DNA from: Atractiella rhizophila
Taxonomy: Eukaryota
DNA length: 64,000 bases
NCBI GenBank assembly: GCA_021432655.1
Contig: MU271437.1
Location: 1-64,000, forward strand
Direction: 5' to 3'
Shown in pieces: positions 24,983 through 38,139 of the stretch. The notes under the pieces were generated by a model, which ran no database searches, was not told the origin of the DNA, and saw only the letters and a program-made list of their open reading frames with translations. A program made the position numbers and the translations under genes. Every line of letters starts with the position of its first letter. Positions within the stretch are counted from its first letter, which is position 1.

Positions 24983-26599
24983 ATGAATGTTTCACGAGTT
25001 TGGGGAACAAAGCGAGGGGGAACACAGCGAGAGTTGCACATACGAATACCTCCAATCTTGCAATAAACTACGGGATGAGCAACGGGGCAGCAGCGTGAGC
25101 AATCGTTCTCTTATGGGCTAAAGCGCAGATATTGGGTCCACATACATGGATTACAAGAGATTGTTTTGTTCGCCAGTATCGGCTTGCTACACCTTTCTTT
25201 GAGGTCTCGAGGAGAAGGAGAGAGATGCTTCGAAGCGCCGTCCCACGAACAATCCGCCGCCAACAATTCCTCCTTTTTGTACCCTACAGATACCTCTAAG
25301 CATCCAAATTCGATGTCTTTTTGCGCTCAGACTGTCAGCGGAACTTTACCCCCAACTGCAAGGAAGGGTTCTACAATGAGCAAAGTCACTTCAACATCAT
25401 CACAGTGAAGGTTAGCTCCGTTTGTGACCGAATGAGGAGACTTTTCTCGACCACCAACGACTTGCGGAGATGCTCAAACAACAGTTGCCCGTCGGAAACT
25501 TAGAAAAAAGAAGACGTGTCCAGAAGATGTTGACGAATGTTAATAGAGCAGAGAAAAGGTGTTACAGATGTGTAAAATGTTAGTAATACTTTCTTCCTGA
25601 ACATTCTGGAAGTTTCTATTTGCCACAAGCCCTCATGTATATAAACACCTGTTCTTGTGTTTCTGCTGCTCATGCATTTGCAAGAGCTCAGCCAAACGTA
25701 ATACATTTGTTTGAGGTTAACAAAGCAGCAGAGAAAAACAACAAAAGGTTAGGATTAGGATTCAAGTATTGAGGTCAACAACTTAAGCTCTTTCGAGTCA
25801 CTACAGAAGAGTAGGTGTCTCTCTGAGAACGGGCCACGAGTCTCGTTACTAGACCACCCCTCCTTATCATCCTCCTTCAGTTCCAATCTTGATGCAGCGT
25901 CTCCGCCTCCTTGAATCTTTGTGCTGTAATGTAGGGGTGAGGAGCTTAAAAACTAGCGATAATAAATTGATTCCAATTCGTCGGTGATCCCCATATCCGC
26001 TCATCTTCACGAGGGGGACCTATTTTGGAGAGCTGGAAGGGTAGGCTTTCTGTCATTTGCCCGACGGCGATCACATGCTCGGCTTCGGACTGTCCTCCGT
26101 CTAACTGGCCTGCTTCCCTCTCGTTGGGATCGCTAAACGAGATTAAAGGAGGAGCCTGAGGAGTGAAGATGATCGGCGATTGTTTTGCGGGACGTTGACT
26201 ATAGGCGGTGTCCATTGGCCAACTGGAACCCAGAAAGAAGTGGTTCAGCTGGTGACATATTTCATTGTCCACTCAGGAAATACATAGAAGGAAGGCCTGG
26301 CAAGAGAGAGGCAACGTCCGAACCGTCGCTCGTTTCCACCCGTTCAGTAAATGAAATCTTGCCCCTTTTCCCGGTTTGGGATAAGGGTTTTGTCGAACGT
26401 GGGGCTGATAGGTTCCTTGGCCATAAAGGCCAGGAGATGATCCTAAAAGTGCTGACAAGTCGCTGTTAGACCCTGTGCCGTCTGGTGTTGAGTCAGAAGG
26501 CATCTTGAGAAGGTCAGTGGCTGTTTTGAAAGTAAACAAGAGTATCTTTTTTTGCGCTGTAGCTGCACATGATTCTACAAGGTGCCTGCTAGTCATTTA

Positions 26600-27310
26600 T
26601 CTGCAAATAAATCAGAAGCAATCTCTTAAAAATTGTTATGAAAAGCGGAATGGACAGCCGGTTTGGCTTGATCCCAGAAATATTCGAGAGCATCGCCTCT
26701 CCTAAACCTACAAAAAGAACAAACACTTTTTCCGCCAAATCACGGTCTAGGACCTTTGATTCTGCTCCTGAAAGCAGCATCTCGACCGCACTTCAGTCTT
26801 ACCTTACGTCCGTTATGGGAACTGAATATGAAAGTGAAGACGTTGCTAGGATACATTCTCAATCAGAGAAGTCGCGCAAAATGCATCTTGCACACGGAAC
26901 AGTGGTTCGCTCATTGGAAAATGAAAGTTGGTAATGTAAATGCTGTCCGGCGAGCACGTCACTTCGTTGTACGTCATGCGATCTATTGTCTCCCATAGCT
27001 TGGCTGATTTATGGAAAGTATGAATATGGCAGGAGGGAAGGATATGCAGAGGCAATAATATACATAAGATTTCCCGCCAATCTAGCGGTTTCCAGCGCAA
27101 CACATATTGTTGTCAGCCGGCGTATTTCTGTTACTCAAACTCTCCTGGGAGAGACTCTTTTGGGAAGGTGGGACAAAGCAGGCCAGCACAGTCAAACACT
27201 TGATTGGCATCTTCCAACCGGCCACCTCTTCGTCCAAAGTCTATGTTCTGAAGAAGAATCCTTGGACCCACATTGTAGACAGCCGCTTGGAGGAGGATAC
27301 AGAGTAATAT
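26600..27310 (+). mobile_element. Second CACTA/En-Spm-like transposase C-terminal relic
   Basis: About 26697-26840 is nearly identical to 8281-8426 (SPKPTKR..TFSAKS.SRTFDSA.ESSI.TALQSYLTS). It continues with stops and frameshifts. Confidence 0.6.
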
Positions 27311-28043
27311 AATATTATCTTAAAGACAGCAAGATCTGAGATACAGAATCTATTTGATATGCACCGTGCAGCCTCTGTTTGAAAATCCAACAACAAAGAC
27401 TGACATACCGACCAAAGCTTACTCATCAATGAAAGCCACGCAACAACTACAATCATTCAATCCCTCTCCGTCACTCTCCATTCCAATGCAAATACGGTGC
27501 GAAAAACAGATCCCAGTTGTCGGCGGACGGGAGGAAGGTGTGTCAGAACCCTAAAGTACTGTTAGTAGGACCATAGGCTGACGGGACTCACCATGGCCCT
27601 GACCCTAACTCCGTTCCCCAGCCAAATTTGACTGACGGAACAGTTCTGTCGCGTAGGAATAGTAGTAGGAACTGTTCCGTCATGAAGGATCTGAAGGATG
27701 GCAGGCATGTGTCCAGGGACTTTCCCTACAGCTCATGGCAGCCATGTTAGGAGTACTTATTTACTGTTGGAAGCCTCTAGAGGAACATATCAAGAAGGAG
27801 AATTATACTCTGTGTGTTTCATCTTTGGTTCACTTTGAAGTCTCACTTTGTTGGGTTCTGATGGTTCTGCCCTCTCCTGTTGATGTTGGTCCCACCTTCA
27901 TCCCTAACACTGGCCTATTCTCTGACCAAACAGGCACTCTTTCCACATTGACAGGTATTAAATATTGTCTATAACAGATAACCCTGCAACATGAGTATGC
28001 AAACATTTGTTATTTATAAACGGACTGCCACCATGAAAAGGAA

Positions 28044-30770
28044 TCATCTCTGGTCTTCCGGGTCCACCAGCTCGTCCAGTCTTTCCACTTGTATGTTCTT
28101 GTTGAGTCCCAACGCTGCGTAAAAAACTTCAAAAGCTTGATCCTGCATAGATGCGTTGGTGCGACCAACAATAGTTGTCACCTCTCTCCACTCCGCCAGT
28201 CCAACCGTCCCCAACCCCTCCACCTGAAAGCGATGGTAATCCCCACGCCTCCCCTCTAGCTGAAATTGCTCCTTCACACTATTGGCAACCCGCGAACAAT
28301 CCGTCACAATGTCAGCCATGGCCTTCACCAATTCAAGGTAAGAGCCGCTGCCCTTGACTGCGGGTTGGGAGCCCGTCCCTAGGGAGATGAGACAAGAAAT
28401 GTGACTATGCTTGCCCCAGATGTGCTTCGTTTCGTCAATGGCAATCTTGGTCGGGTTATTGGCTCCCATACCACCATCAATATACAGAGTGTTATCCACT
28501 GTGATAGGGGCAAAAAACATGGGGGTTGCACTTGTGGCTCGAGCTGCTTGCCAGATCGCCATGTTAGCTGGTTGGTGAAGCCGAGTCCGATACGTTCGCA
28601 GGGGCGCTGGCTTGACATCGGCTGCATACGCCGAGGTGAGGAGGACTCGACATCTCCGAGCAAATTCGACGTCTGGATCTTTCATGCGTATCTCCCGAGA
28701 ATCGACATGTCCTGCTTCTGGAGCATAAAGAGCAAGCATCTCCATCATGGCTTCCTCCAAATTCTGACCATTGAACGCGAAGACCGCCTTGCCAAGGCCT
28801 TTGATAGCGTTGAGGCTCTTTTCGGTGACGGAAGGATCGGGGAATATTCTTTGCGCGAGCTCCTTATACACCTGAATGCATTGGCGAGTCGTCATGCCTA
28901 ACCTTCCAAGCATAATGGCAATGATCCCCCCCGTCGACGTGCCGCACATAAGGTCGAAGTAGTCGCAAGGCCGCAGCTCCTTTTTCTCAGGGTAGGGATC
29001 ATCAGGAAAGAGCTGAAGCGTAAGCTGCTCCATGATTTCTCCAGAATGTAGAGCTCAGATAACCCTCGTACGCCACCTCCGTCAAGGCAGAGAACCCGGA
29101 GGGCTTTCGGATCGGGATGGTGAGCCGTTGGAGGAACGCTGTAAACGTGGTTTTTGGGAGAGTGTTTCTTCATGCCACTCAGCGGTTTTGAACCTATGCA
29201 GCGACGGTGGAAGCAGAATGCGAGGATGACGAGGAGAATGAGTACCACAACTCCGCCAATTGCGCTCCCCACGATCACACCGACATTGATATGTGCTCTA
29301 TGTGAATGCCCACTCCCACTGCCAGACGTACTGCCGTTGCCAGTCCCGTCCGTTCCAGGGAGCCCAGAACCATCGAGAGATCCAGAGTTCTGTTGGATGG
29401 CTCGAGCGAAACCAATTTGGTGATTGGTGGTAGAGTTGTAGGAGAAGACGGTGTACCAGTTCTTCATGAATGCATCTCCAACAACCCCGAGTGGTGTGTT
29501 GTCGCTATCGACAGCCTATGGAACTGCAAGTTAGTATTGCCTGTCACTGAAAGAGGGACGAGAAACTAACATCCGTCGCCACGAGAATGATACCGCATTG
29601 ACCGTTTTGAGTGGTTCCGACAAACAAATCAAGAGGCGCCATGTCATAAATGTTTCCCCCAATGTTGAACCCGAAGTCAAGCGTGGCGAGGTCTCCACAA
29701 CTCATGAAGAGAACATAATTTCCGCCTCCTTGATTCTGGGTCCTAGCACCGATGCCTTCAGCGTAGGCTTGAATGATCCCCGCTGGAAGGTTAACCACCG
29801 AGCTTCCAGAGTCAACCAGCAGCCGCATGCTCGTCCCGCTGATGGTCTTGCCCTTCGCGGTCAACCCTTGACAGTCAACAGCCCAGAAAAAGTCCGATGT
29901 GACGTCTACAAAAGTAACGTCTCCCGTATAATGGCTCTTATCCGTACATCCAACGCAGATCTCACCGCCTGTAGAGTCTGTAGTTGAACCAGAATTGAAG
30001 TTCTGAAAGGTTCTATCACGTTCCAAGAAGAGGGAGAAGACAGCAGAATTGAGAGTGCCTCTATCTCCAGCTATGAGATGCTCCATGAAGGTCGTCTGCT
30101 TATTCCTGGCCAAGGTAGAGAAGCCAAGACCGATCAATCCATCCTCCACACCCCGCTCCAGTTGTTCTGAAGTGATGTTTGCCAGCGAGAAGCCTTGACT
30201 GGGAATCGTAAAACCAGCTATCCTGAGGGTGTCCTGTGCCACGAAACCAGTTATCGTCGTTCCGTCACCGTACGTTATTTCCCAGGGATTCGTGCTGCTG
30301 ACAAAGGTGGATGACGCTGAACTGGTGAAAAAGGGATGCTTCGTTGCATTGGAATCAGGGCCATAAACCCACAAGTCGGCTGATCCAGCTTTACACCACG
30401 AAGGTTAGCCGTGCTCGCGCAGTAGTTTGTGAACGAACTATCAAACTGGAGCGTGAAACTTTGCGCAGGAGTTCCCAATGCGATTTGGCCAAGGTAGATT
30501 CCTACAGCCTTCCATCAGCTCCAAGTTCCAGACAGAGGTAAGGCTAGACAAACCGTCGAGTGGAGCACCATTCAGGAACTCTTCCAGTCCGTCTGCCCGG
30601 TTTGAGAACCCCAGTCTGCGGCGTTCTTTGGACTCTGATGATTTGATGTGCTTAGTGAGGGAGACGACGTTGAGTCCCCTCTTCTGCCACTCTTCATGTC
30701 GCGATGATGAGGGAGGAAGAAATGTGGCAGATGCACCGATGACCCAGAGCAAACGTGAAAGCGTGATCAT
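28044..30770 (-). CDS. Receptor-like fusion: putative signal peptide + pepsin-family (A1) aspartic protease + TM helix + patatin-like phospholipase; 4 exons, 1-nt frameshift at about 29036-29038
   Basis: Introns at 30553-30502, 30438-30389 and 29570-29516 splice in frame. Protease motifs: YLGQIALGTPAQ, FDTGSADLWV, ITYGDG, DGLIGLGF, VDSGSS, VVGDAFMKNWYTVF. TM: INVGVIVGSAIGGVVVLILLVILAFCF followed by HRR. Patatin motifs: LDGGGVRG, GTSTGG, ARATSATP, YIDGG. Confidence 0.88.
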
Positions 30771-31000
30771 TTGACTTGAATAGTGAGACTGAGACAACGA
30801 AGGAAAACTGGTAGGATGCTGCTGAAGAGAGAGGATTCGAGTGTTTTGGTGTTGTAACTGAAAAGTTAAAGGGAATTTACGAATGGAGGGACTACAGAGG
30901 TTAAAAGGAATTCGACCTGTTCTAGGCCTAGGGCTGTTCACCGTCCGTCTGAAGCGAAAGTTTTCCTGGACGACAAAGGGACGGTTGGCAAACTGGTCGC

Positions 31001-31113
31001 AGGAGCAGGGCGACGATGACGGGGAGGAGAAGGAAGAGGAGCAGGGCGACGATGACGGAGACGAAATGGAAGAGGAGCACGACGGCGATGACGAAGAGGA
31101 GGAGGAAGAAGGA
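31001..31113. repeat. Degenerate ~36-bp GA-rich tandem repeat (EQGDDDG-type or Ser-rich)
   Basis: GAGCAGGGCGACGATGACGG... occurs about 3 times. Confidence 0.6.
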
Positions 31114-32530
31114 GGTTCTGTACTAGCGCCTTCACTTGAAGCTGGCGAGAGCAATGGCGTGTATCGTCGCCGTTGCGTGAATCCACTGGTAGAATACTTG
31201 AGAACCACATTTCCTAGCGATGCGAAGAAAACTGTAATTTTTCGGACGTCGGAAAGCATCCAAAAGAAGGTGTTCACGCTCTGCAGTTCGAGGAGTGGAG
31301 AGAAATATCCTTGCGAGGTTTAACGCTTAAAGTCGTCGTCAAGCTCGTGAACATCCTCCTCACTCCGGAGAAACCGGCTTATCTTTGGGCGACTGGCGCA
31401 TTGAGGGTATGATGAACGAGGCGACGGGATGGGGCTATTTTACGATGATGAAAACGTTACCGAGAGCAAGTTGAGCTTCAGACGCGGCGTGGAAGAGGTC
31501 CCCACCTTTCCCTTTACTATTTAAAAGTCACTCTTTGCGCTACGCGTGGGCTGGTCTTAGCCAGATGGATGTGCCGATATGGAGGATGAGGAAGTCATGG
31601 CTGAGTTCGCCTTGAGAAAGTTCGTCCCCCTCCTTATCCGTCCTTCGTGCAATTGATGAACTTGTGCGCAGCGACGGACCGTTGAACCAGCCACTGGGGA
31701 GGTAATCACCAAAGAGGGGCGATGCATCACTTTCCCCAACCACATCCAACACTGCGTCTCCTCCTTTTCCCTCATCGATAAAACCAAGCTTGGATATACA
31801 TTTTCAGCGGTTGATTTGTGCCAATGAATCCATAGATTGAAGGAATTGCACCAAGAGATCCATAACAGCTGAGAGAAAATAAAACTTGCAGAAAGGGATA
31901 TGTCAAGAGGCACCTGCTTGGCATCTTTGTCAGCCAAAGTGGACCAGCACAGATTAGCACTTACTTGGGTCCAATCTCAGGCTGAGGTGCTGACGAGCGA
32001 GGAAAGGCAATGTTGGGAGATACTTGCTCTAGCCGTTGTTGGTGTGCGCCAGAATTGCAGCAACAGTCAGTTACGGTAGCATAGGTAAAATTGGCGCACC
32101 TGTCTGCAGCCTCCTCGTGCCATACTCTGCTCCAGTCTAGCGACTTCGTTGCATCCGTGCAGACCTAGAACTGTCCACGAAGTCTGACGTCTCAGGTTGA
32201 TGTAGTCCGCCGTCATCATCCGCTGCCAAAGCCAAAGTGAGGGGACTTCCACTACCCTCCCTGAGATATTCGCTCTCATGCCTAGCAGCTTGCTGACAGG
32301 GGCGAGGCTTGTGAGCAAGGTGTCAGACCGCCGCCACGCAAGCAAAAGATCGTTTGCGCTTTCAATTTTGACCCAAAGGCCACTTCACTTTCAAATCAGT
32401 TTTCATCGTGTCGACTCCGAACCGCCGAAACGCCGCTCAGGGTTCTCAACCCCTGAGGGGCTGCATGTTCTTCCACGTCGCCAACTTGCGGTTGGATCCT
32501 TCCAGACTCCTCCGTGTTTTGTTTCTTCAT

Positions 32531-32850
32531 CTTGCTGGATCCGACAGGTCTTACAGAGTGTTTGGGGATGGCAAGGTGCTTTTAAACCTCAGTTACTTTC
32601 ATTTTCAACTTGGCTACGCTATCAGGCCACAATTTTTTGTTCAGCTCTCGCATTCAACCCCTTGAACAATGGAGGAACGGCCGCGGACCAGTTTCGAGTT
32701 GAAAAAGGAGGTCAAGCTGCGGCGCTCCAGCAAACCTGGTGGCCGCGCGCCGGTTCAAAAGGCTTTGAAGCCACAATTTTTGGAGGTTTGTATGCCAAGT
32801 GGGTCGACTTTCGACTCCAGCCAGCTTTGGGACGGGTTAGTTATTCAGTC
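32531..32850. repeat. Dispersed repeat family, copy 2
   Basis: 32580-32712 matches about 5421-5553. 32531-32583 matches 38322-38374. Confidence 0.8.
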
Positions 32851-33063
32851 TGAACTGTGAGTATTTCATTGGATTTGTACGGGAAAGGGTGCAGAAGCAG
32901 AATCGATTTAAATCCCCAACTGCTTTTGAACTTTTCCATCAAAGACTTGAACCCATTTCATAGCCAGCAACTTTTTCACTTTTCATACGGCACGCGGTCG
33001 AGCGCTAGTTGTCAGGGGACGGGTTGGTTCTCATCAAGACTGAGGTGAGAACATCAGGTTCGG

Positions 33064-34400
33064 TTACCCAAGGTTCACAACAACGGGGAAACTCGCCACC
33101 GGGTCGTCCATCTCTCGTAGAATTTCTGCGGTCCGCTTAACGATGTCTTGATAATTAACCCCAGGACTCTTTGTCTCCTTTGGCCAGACCCCAAGGGCTT
33201 CGAGAAGGGCGATGGCTGCAAGGTGAATGATATGTGGCATGCAATTGAGATGACGTTCGTGTGCGCTGAAATGGATGCCCCTCCTGGCAAGACGACTTGC
33301 AATGCTCTCTGCAATGGTGTTGTTGTTACTTGCACCATCTGTCATCAGAATCCCAAGCTATAGCGCGGAAGCAAGTTCAGCAACTACAGGGCACAGAAAT
33401 CAAGGGGAAGGAACGAACCGTCTGTGCAATATGATAGCGATCCAAGCACTTCATAACAATATCTGCGATGTTATCCCCAGTGTGGCTACCTATGAGCTCC
33501 GATAAGTCAAGGCAAATCTCTTCCAGTTCCTAATCATTATTGATAAAATGGCCGATAATGGCAAGGAAGGAGTAGTACGAAGGGGTTGATGTCTAGGCAT
33601 CCAAGGACAAGTGAACTTTTGTTTCTATACGCTACACCACAAATTATGTTTCTATTAACTGAATATGTAGCAAGAGCAATGAACCGACTTAAATGCAAAC
33701 TCTTTCCCAGTTCATCAATCCTCTGCTCCGACATCTTCATGATTCTCTCCTTCATAACCTTTCGGCTTGGAAACTCAAGCTTTGTACCCTTGACACCCTT
33801 CTGGTCCGCAGAAGCAGTGGCATCTTGAGTACCGTTGGCACTTGTCACAACAATTTTTCAAGGTTGACCGAGTCCAGTGCACGCAGGAGACCAACTCTAG
33901 GAACTCGGGCTTTTCCATCAAGGAGAAAGGTTGTTCCGTTGATATGATAAATTTTTGAAGGAGGTTGTCAAAGACTCGTTGGTCAAACTGCTGTAATCAC
34001 ATGTCAAGGACATGGAGCACCTAGTGCAGACAAAAGACAAACCTGAGACCCATACTGCTGTTCTAAGTGCTGTAAGATATTATCGACATGCTCAGATTGC
34101 ATGTGAGCAGTTTTGCCGTCTAAATCTGTGGTCTATTCGGAGGAGGCAGCTCAGTAGTTATAGCCAAACACTACGTCAAAAAGGTGACAGACCTTGGTTC
34201 TTCCAGCTGCCTTGTCAAGGTCCTCTTGTGTAATCTCCAGGTCGTTTTCCTTCTTGGTCTTCAGAAGACCATAAAACTGCACCAGAGATTTCTGATGGCT
34301 GGAGAGATTGTTAAGATGTTTGACAAGCCCTTTGTAGTTAGAATTGCACACTTCTCTAACCTATTAATCTTGCAAGTGTGATTAACTGCGCAATGTCAGG
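33064..34400 (-). mobile_element. hAT transposase relic, 3'-truncated
   Basis: TDGASNN, CMPHIIHLAA, LDAWMPRHQP/GCLDI...HFIN-type segment and BED-like NYKGLVKHL. It is paralogous to the hAT at 15729-19371. Confidence 0.8.
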
Positions 34401-36640
34401 TCGTTTATATCTTCGAAATCTGAGAAATGCTCCACATTATCTCGTCCACTGTCGATATTGATTCAGTTAAGGTGTTTGACCGTCGAATGGACTTTGTTGG
34501 TGTGCATGCCACGTTCGGCATGCCATTTCTGCAACCCAGCGCAAGAAAACACCGAATTGTCATGGACCAGGGTACTTACCTCATCCAAGATCTGCAGATT
34601 GCTAACAGAGATCAAAGGATGACGCTATCCCATCAGCTATTGTGAATGTACAACATGCTTGCAGATTGGCAGGATGCACCAATGATGGCACTGACTTTGT
34701 ACGCCAGGAGCGATAGGTCACCGGTCACAACTCAAACCCGGAAAGCCATCTCTCATCACACCACTGACCCACGAACTCAGTTTTACGCCACTAGGAACTG
34801 TGCCGTTGTCGAACCGTTCATCCCAATCCATCTATCATCCAATAAGGAATTTAACAACGTCGTGAATTAAAAGCCGCCACAACTCGATACAAAGAACAGG
34901 CAGGTGCGGTCGCCCAGCATGCTTCAGTGACATCGCGCACTTCAGCCTGACTTCGAAGTGCAAAGCTTATCCGACCAACAAATCCGCGACTTCTTACAGC
35001 AACCTGGGCAAAATGTGTACCCAACATCAAACTTAGAGTATTCGTTTCAAGCCCGCTCTGATGTCTGCACTTCGTACTAACGTTGCGCATTGTAGCGGAC
35101 CTTGTTATGCATCTGCAGCGCATGCTTGACGCTTTGCGAACTCAGCTGCGCGAAGCAAGAGGGGTGAGTCGCGACAACCCGAAGAACAGTGTGGACTCTT
35201 GACAATGGATAGCGGGAGATGCAGTTTTCTCCTTTCTCCTGTATGAGGTCCTTCCGCTTCTTCGTTCGCAAGCGAACAAGCGAAAGTTCCACTATTATAG
35301 TGGCCCTGGCGAAGTCAACAACCTCCACCTTGGCTTTAAAAAAATTGAGCAGAGATACAGTGAGCCACCAATGGCATTCCTTTCGCCCTGTTCGCCGTCC
35401 GACCACTTCTTTCCTTCCACACACTAAGTACCTAATGTAATAAAGCCTGAACAGAGACTTACACAACTTCAACCTTATCGAAATCACACAACTCCCCTCC
35501 ACTCCTACCTACCTTAGGCTCGACGTTACTGCGCTCGTTGCGAGGTAGTGAGGGATTGCACGGCATGACTACTCGAGAAACTGGGGAGAGTGGCGTGGAA
35601 GGGATGGGCGATTATATGAGAGGGGGGCGGCGTGAATGACCGTGTGGCGAATGCTGAGCCTTTAAGAAACGGTGGATGATGGAGATGCAGGCCTGCAATG
35701 CGACGGCACAAGCAGGGGCAGTGGAGGTTACGACGGTGAGCTTCGGTGAGCTTCTGAAGGACGACACTCTGCAGAACGTGAAGCGTGAGATGCCGTTGTT
35801 TTATAGCTAGTTAGGGCAGAGCGAAAGGAAACAACAAAGAAGACAAGACACAGCTGTGTACCCTCCACTGAGTTGTAACAGTTACTTAGCCGACGGGAAC
35901 GAGAAGGAAGGCGATCGAGATGGGTGCGATGTGGCTCCTGTACGTTTGCATGACCATTTCTTCTGCGACCCGACTTTGAGAGGGTAGGAGGACGCCACAG
36001 GTGGCACAGCAGCGCAACCGTGAGAAGGCGAAGGTGGGGTAGGTAGAGATTTGAGAGCGAGCAAGGTGGAAAGGACAACAGGGGGCTGGGACCATGCAAG
36101 GGGTTGAAGCCATGGAGGAAGGGCTAATCCAATACATATCAGTTTGATAAATAGAAAAATGAAAATCAGAAGAGAAGAGCAAAACTTAGATAAGTCACAG
36201 ACAGGGAGCGGGAGCCCAGGCTGAGCGTGGGAAGGATGCGACGGATGGAACGAGGACCAAGGCACGAGGAGAAATCGTAACGTCAAAGGTGTTTGCGTTT
36301 TTCGTTCGCCTTAACGTTTCAAGGCACGTATTCAAATCCACAGATTTCCACCGAAAAATCAGTTCAATCTGGCCAGTCCTGTCGAAAATGGCCTCGATCT
36401 GCTCCTATCTCCCCACCTCCTCCATCGCGTCCCTGAGAGAGCGGTTATTGTTGCGTGGAAAAGATGTCTTTGACGGGAGCTGTGTTCGTATGAGATAATC
36501 AGGGCAGCATCTGTCTCATTCCAATCCAACCAGAGACGAAAATGGTGGTGGTATTTGTGTTTGGCATAATTGCATCTCGCTATTCAAAATGGGCAAACAG
36601 AATCAACGCTGAGAACAGTTCAAGCAACTAACATCTGCAT

Positions 36641-38139
36641 CTAATCCACAGTTTTGAGGGATATTACGACACCGTACAGACCAGTATCATCGTCTTGAAA
36701 TTCTGCAACTCCATCAACCCTGTCTTTCACGCCAGCAAATCCTTGGAGTTCATCGCCCACATAAAAGTCACGAACAATTATGGTCCTTAAGCGCGAGCAA
36801 AGGTCCAGCATTGGCTTGAAAAAGTCAATGTCCTTGCTCAAGTTGGTTCCATATCCAAGTTCTAGCTCTAAAGATAAGAGATTGGGAAATGCTTCTAAAG
36901 CCTTCGCAAATGTCAATCGTGGGGGATGGTCTTCGTCATCCCAACCCATACCGTCAAAATCGGCGTTTAAGACAAGATGTTGAAGTTTGCCGTGCCTCCC
37001 ATACATGTGAGCAAGGTCCTCGACGTGATTCCGTACGCCAGCGAAATATCGCAGATTTGGTAAAATCCCAGACGGTAGAGAAGTAAATGGGATAGTTTGG
37101 CGACCTCGAAAGTCGTTTCCAGGGCAGACACCAATGTTGAGATAGCCGATACCTGGATGGGATTCCAAAAATTTGTGCAATGATTCAGAGGAACCATAAT
37201 CGGTAATCCCGTCGTCACGCATATTATGGCACTCTCCTCCAGAAATGGAGAGAGATATCAGCTCGGGCCAGGATGCTCCATCAAGGAGAGAAGTAACGGA
37301 GCAAGAGTCCACAGTGGCCGGCCCATCGTCAAGTCTGAGCTGAAGATCGAGGCGAGTGAGCGAGCGGTTGTCAATCAACCAAGAGAAGAGGCCAATGGTG
37401 TAAGGATCAACATCGGGTTCACCATCCGCTGTAAGATTATATCATCATTTGTGTGCGGCGTATAGTGCGGTTTACCATTATCCAGCTGAAACTCCTGTGT
37501 AGTCACAGCGACACGCTTCCAATGAGTGAGTTTGAATAGCTGTCGCGTTTATGAGCTAATGTCAGAGTGAAGAAACTCTTGCATACGGAATTTTCATTTT
37601 CCGCCGATCCATACGGAAACTCGCGAACACTTAGCTCTTCCAGTCTAGGGTACTTCCCTCTTTCTATTGTCTCCCAGATGATGTTATCTTTGAGGAGATC
37701 TTCAGATTCCGACCATCCTGATAAAGCATGCATGAGCTTGAATCATTCAGGTGGAACTATGTGACAAACCGTCGTGGGTCTCGGAGGTGTAGACAAATTC
37801 GAAGCTCTCGAGATTTTGCTGCAACACCGATAAACTGAGCAATTTAATTGCGTAAGCATGTACGCTTTCGTTTTCTGTCAACCGTGCACCCTGTAAAGTG
37901 AGCTGCCGAATGTGTCGAACCAGATTCGGTTTCTGGAGGAGCGTCTCGCAGAGAGTGCGTGAAGCGTCAATGGCGATAGTAGGTATTTTCCGATACAATA
38001 CTGAGGTAGATAATGCACGAAAAGCTTTGTTTGTTAGGTTGAGTGATGAAATGGAAGAGATGGGGAGGTGAGAGCAGATCTCGAGCCAGATTTCAGCAGG
38101 AAAGATGAACGTGCCCTCCCGAGTCGTATCGTTGCTCAT
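36641..38139 (-). CDS. F-box protein with LRR-like C-terminus; 4 exons, apparently intact
   Basis: FPAEIWLEICSHLPISSISSLNLTNKAFRAL F-box. Introns at 37769-37718, 37586-37540 and about 37475-37429 join the ORF pieces in frame. LxxL repeats (LTRLDL, LPNLRYF, FPNLLSLEL). Confidence 0.82.

Noticed and set aside
28044..29033. Stand-alone patatin gene starting at ATG 29033
   Set aside because: It would lack the DGGGxR loop, which lies upstream in the protease-TM frame.
30441..31323. Ser-rich (minus) and acidic (plus) ORFs as real proteins
   Set aside because: Both are low-complexity repeat read-through. Only the part from ATG 30770 fits the protease gene.
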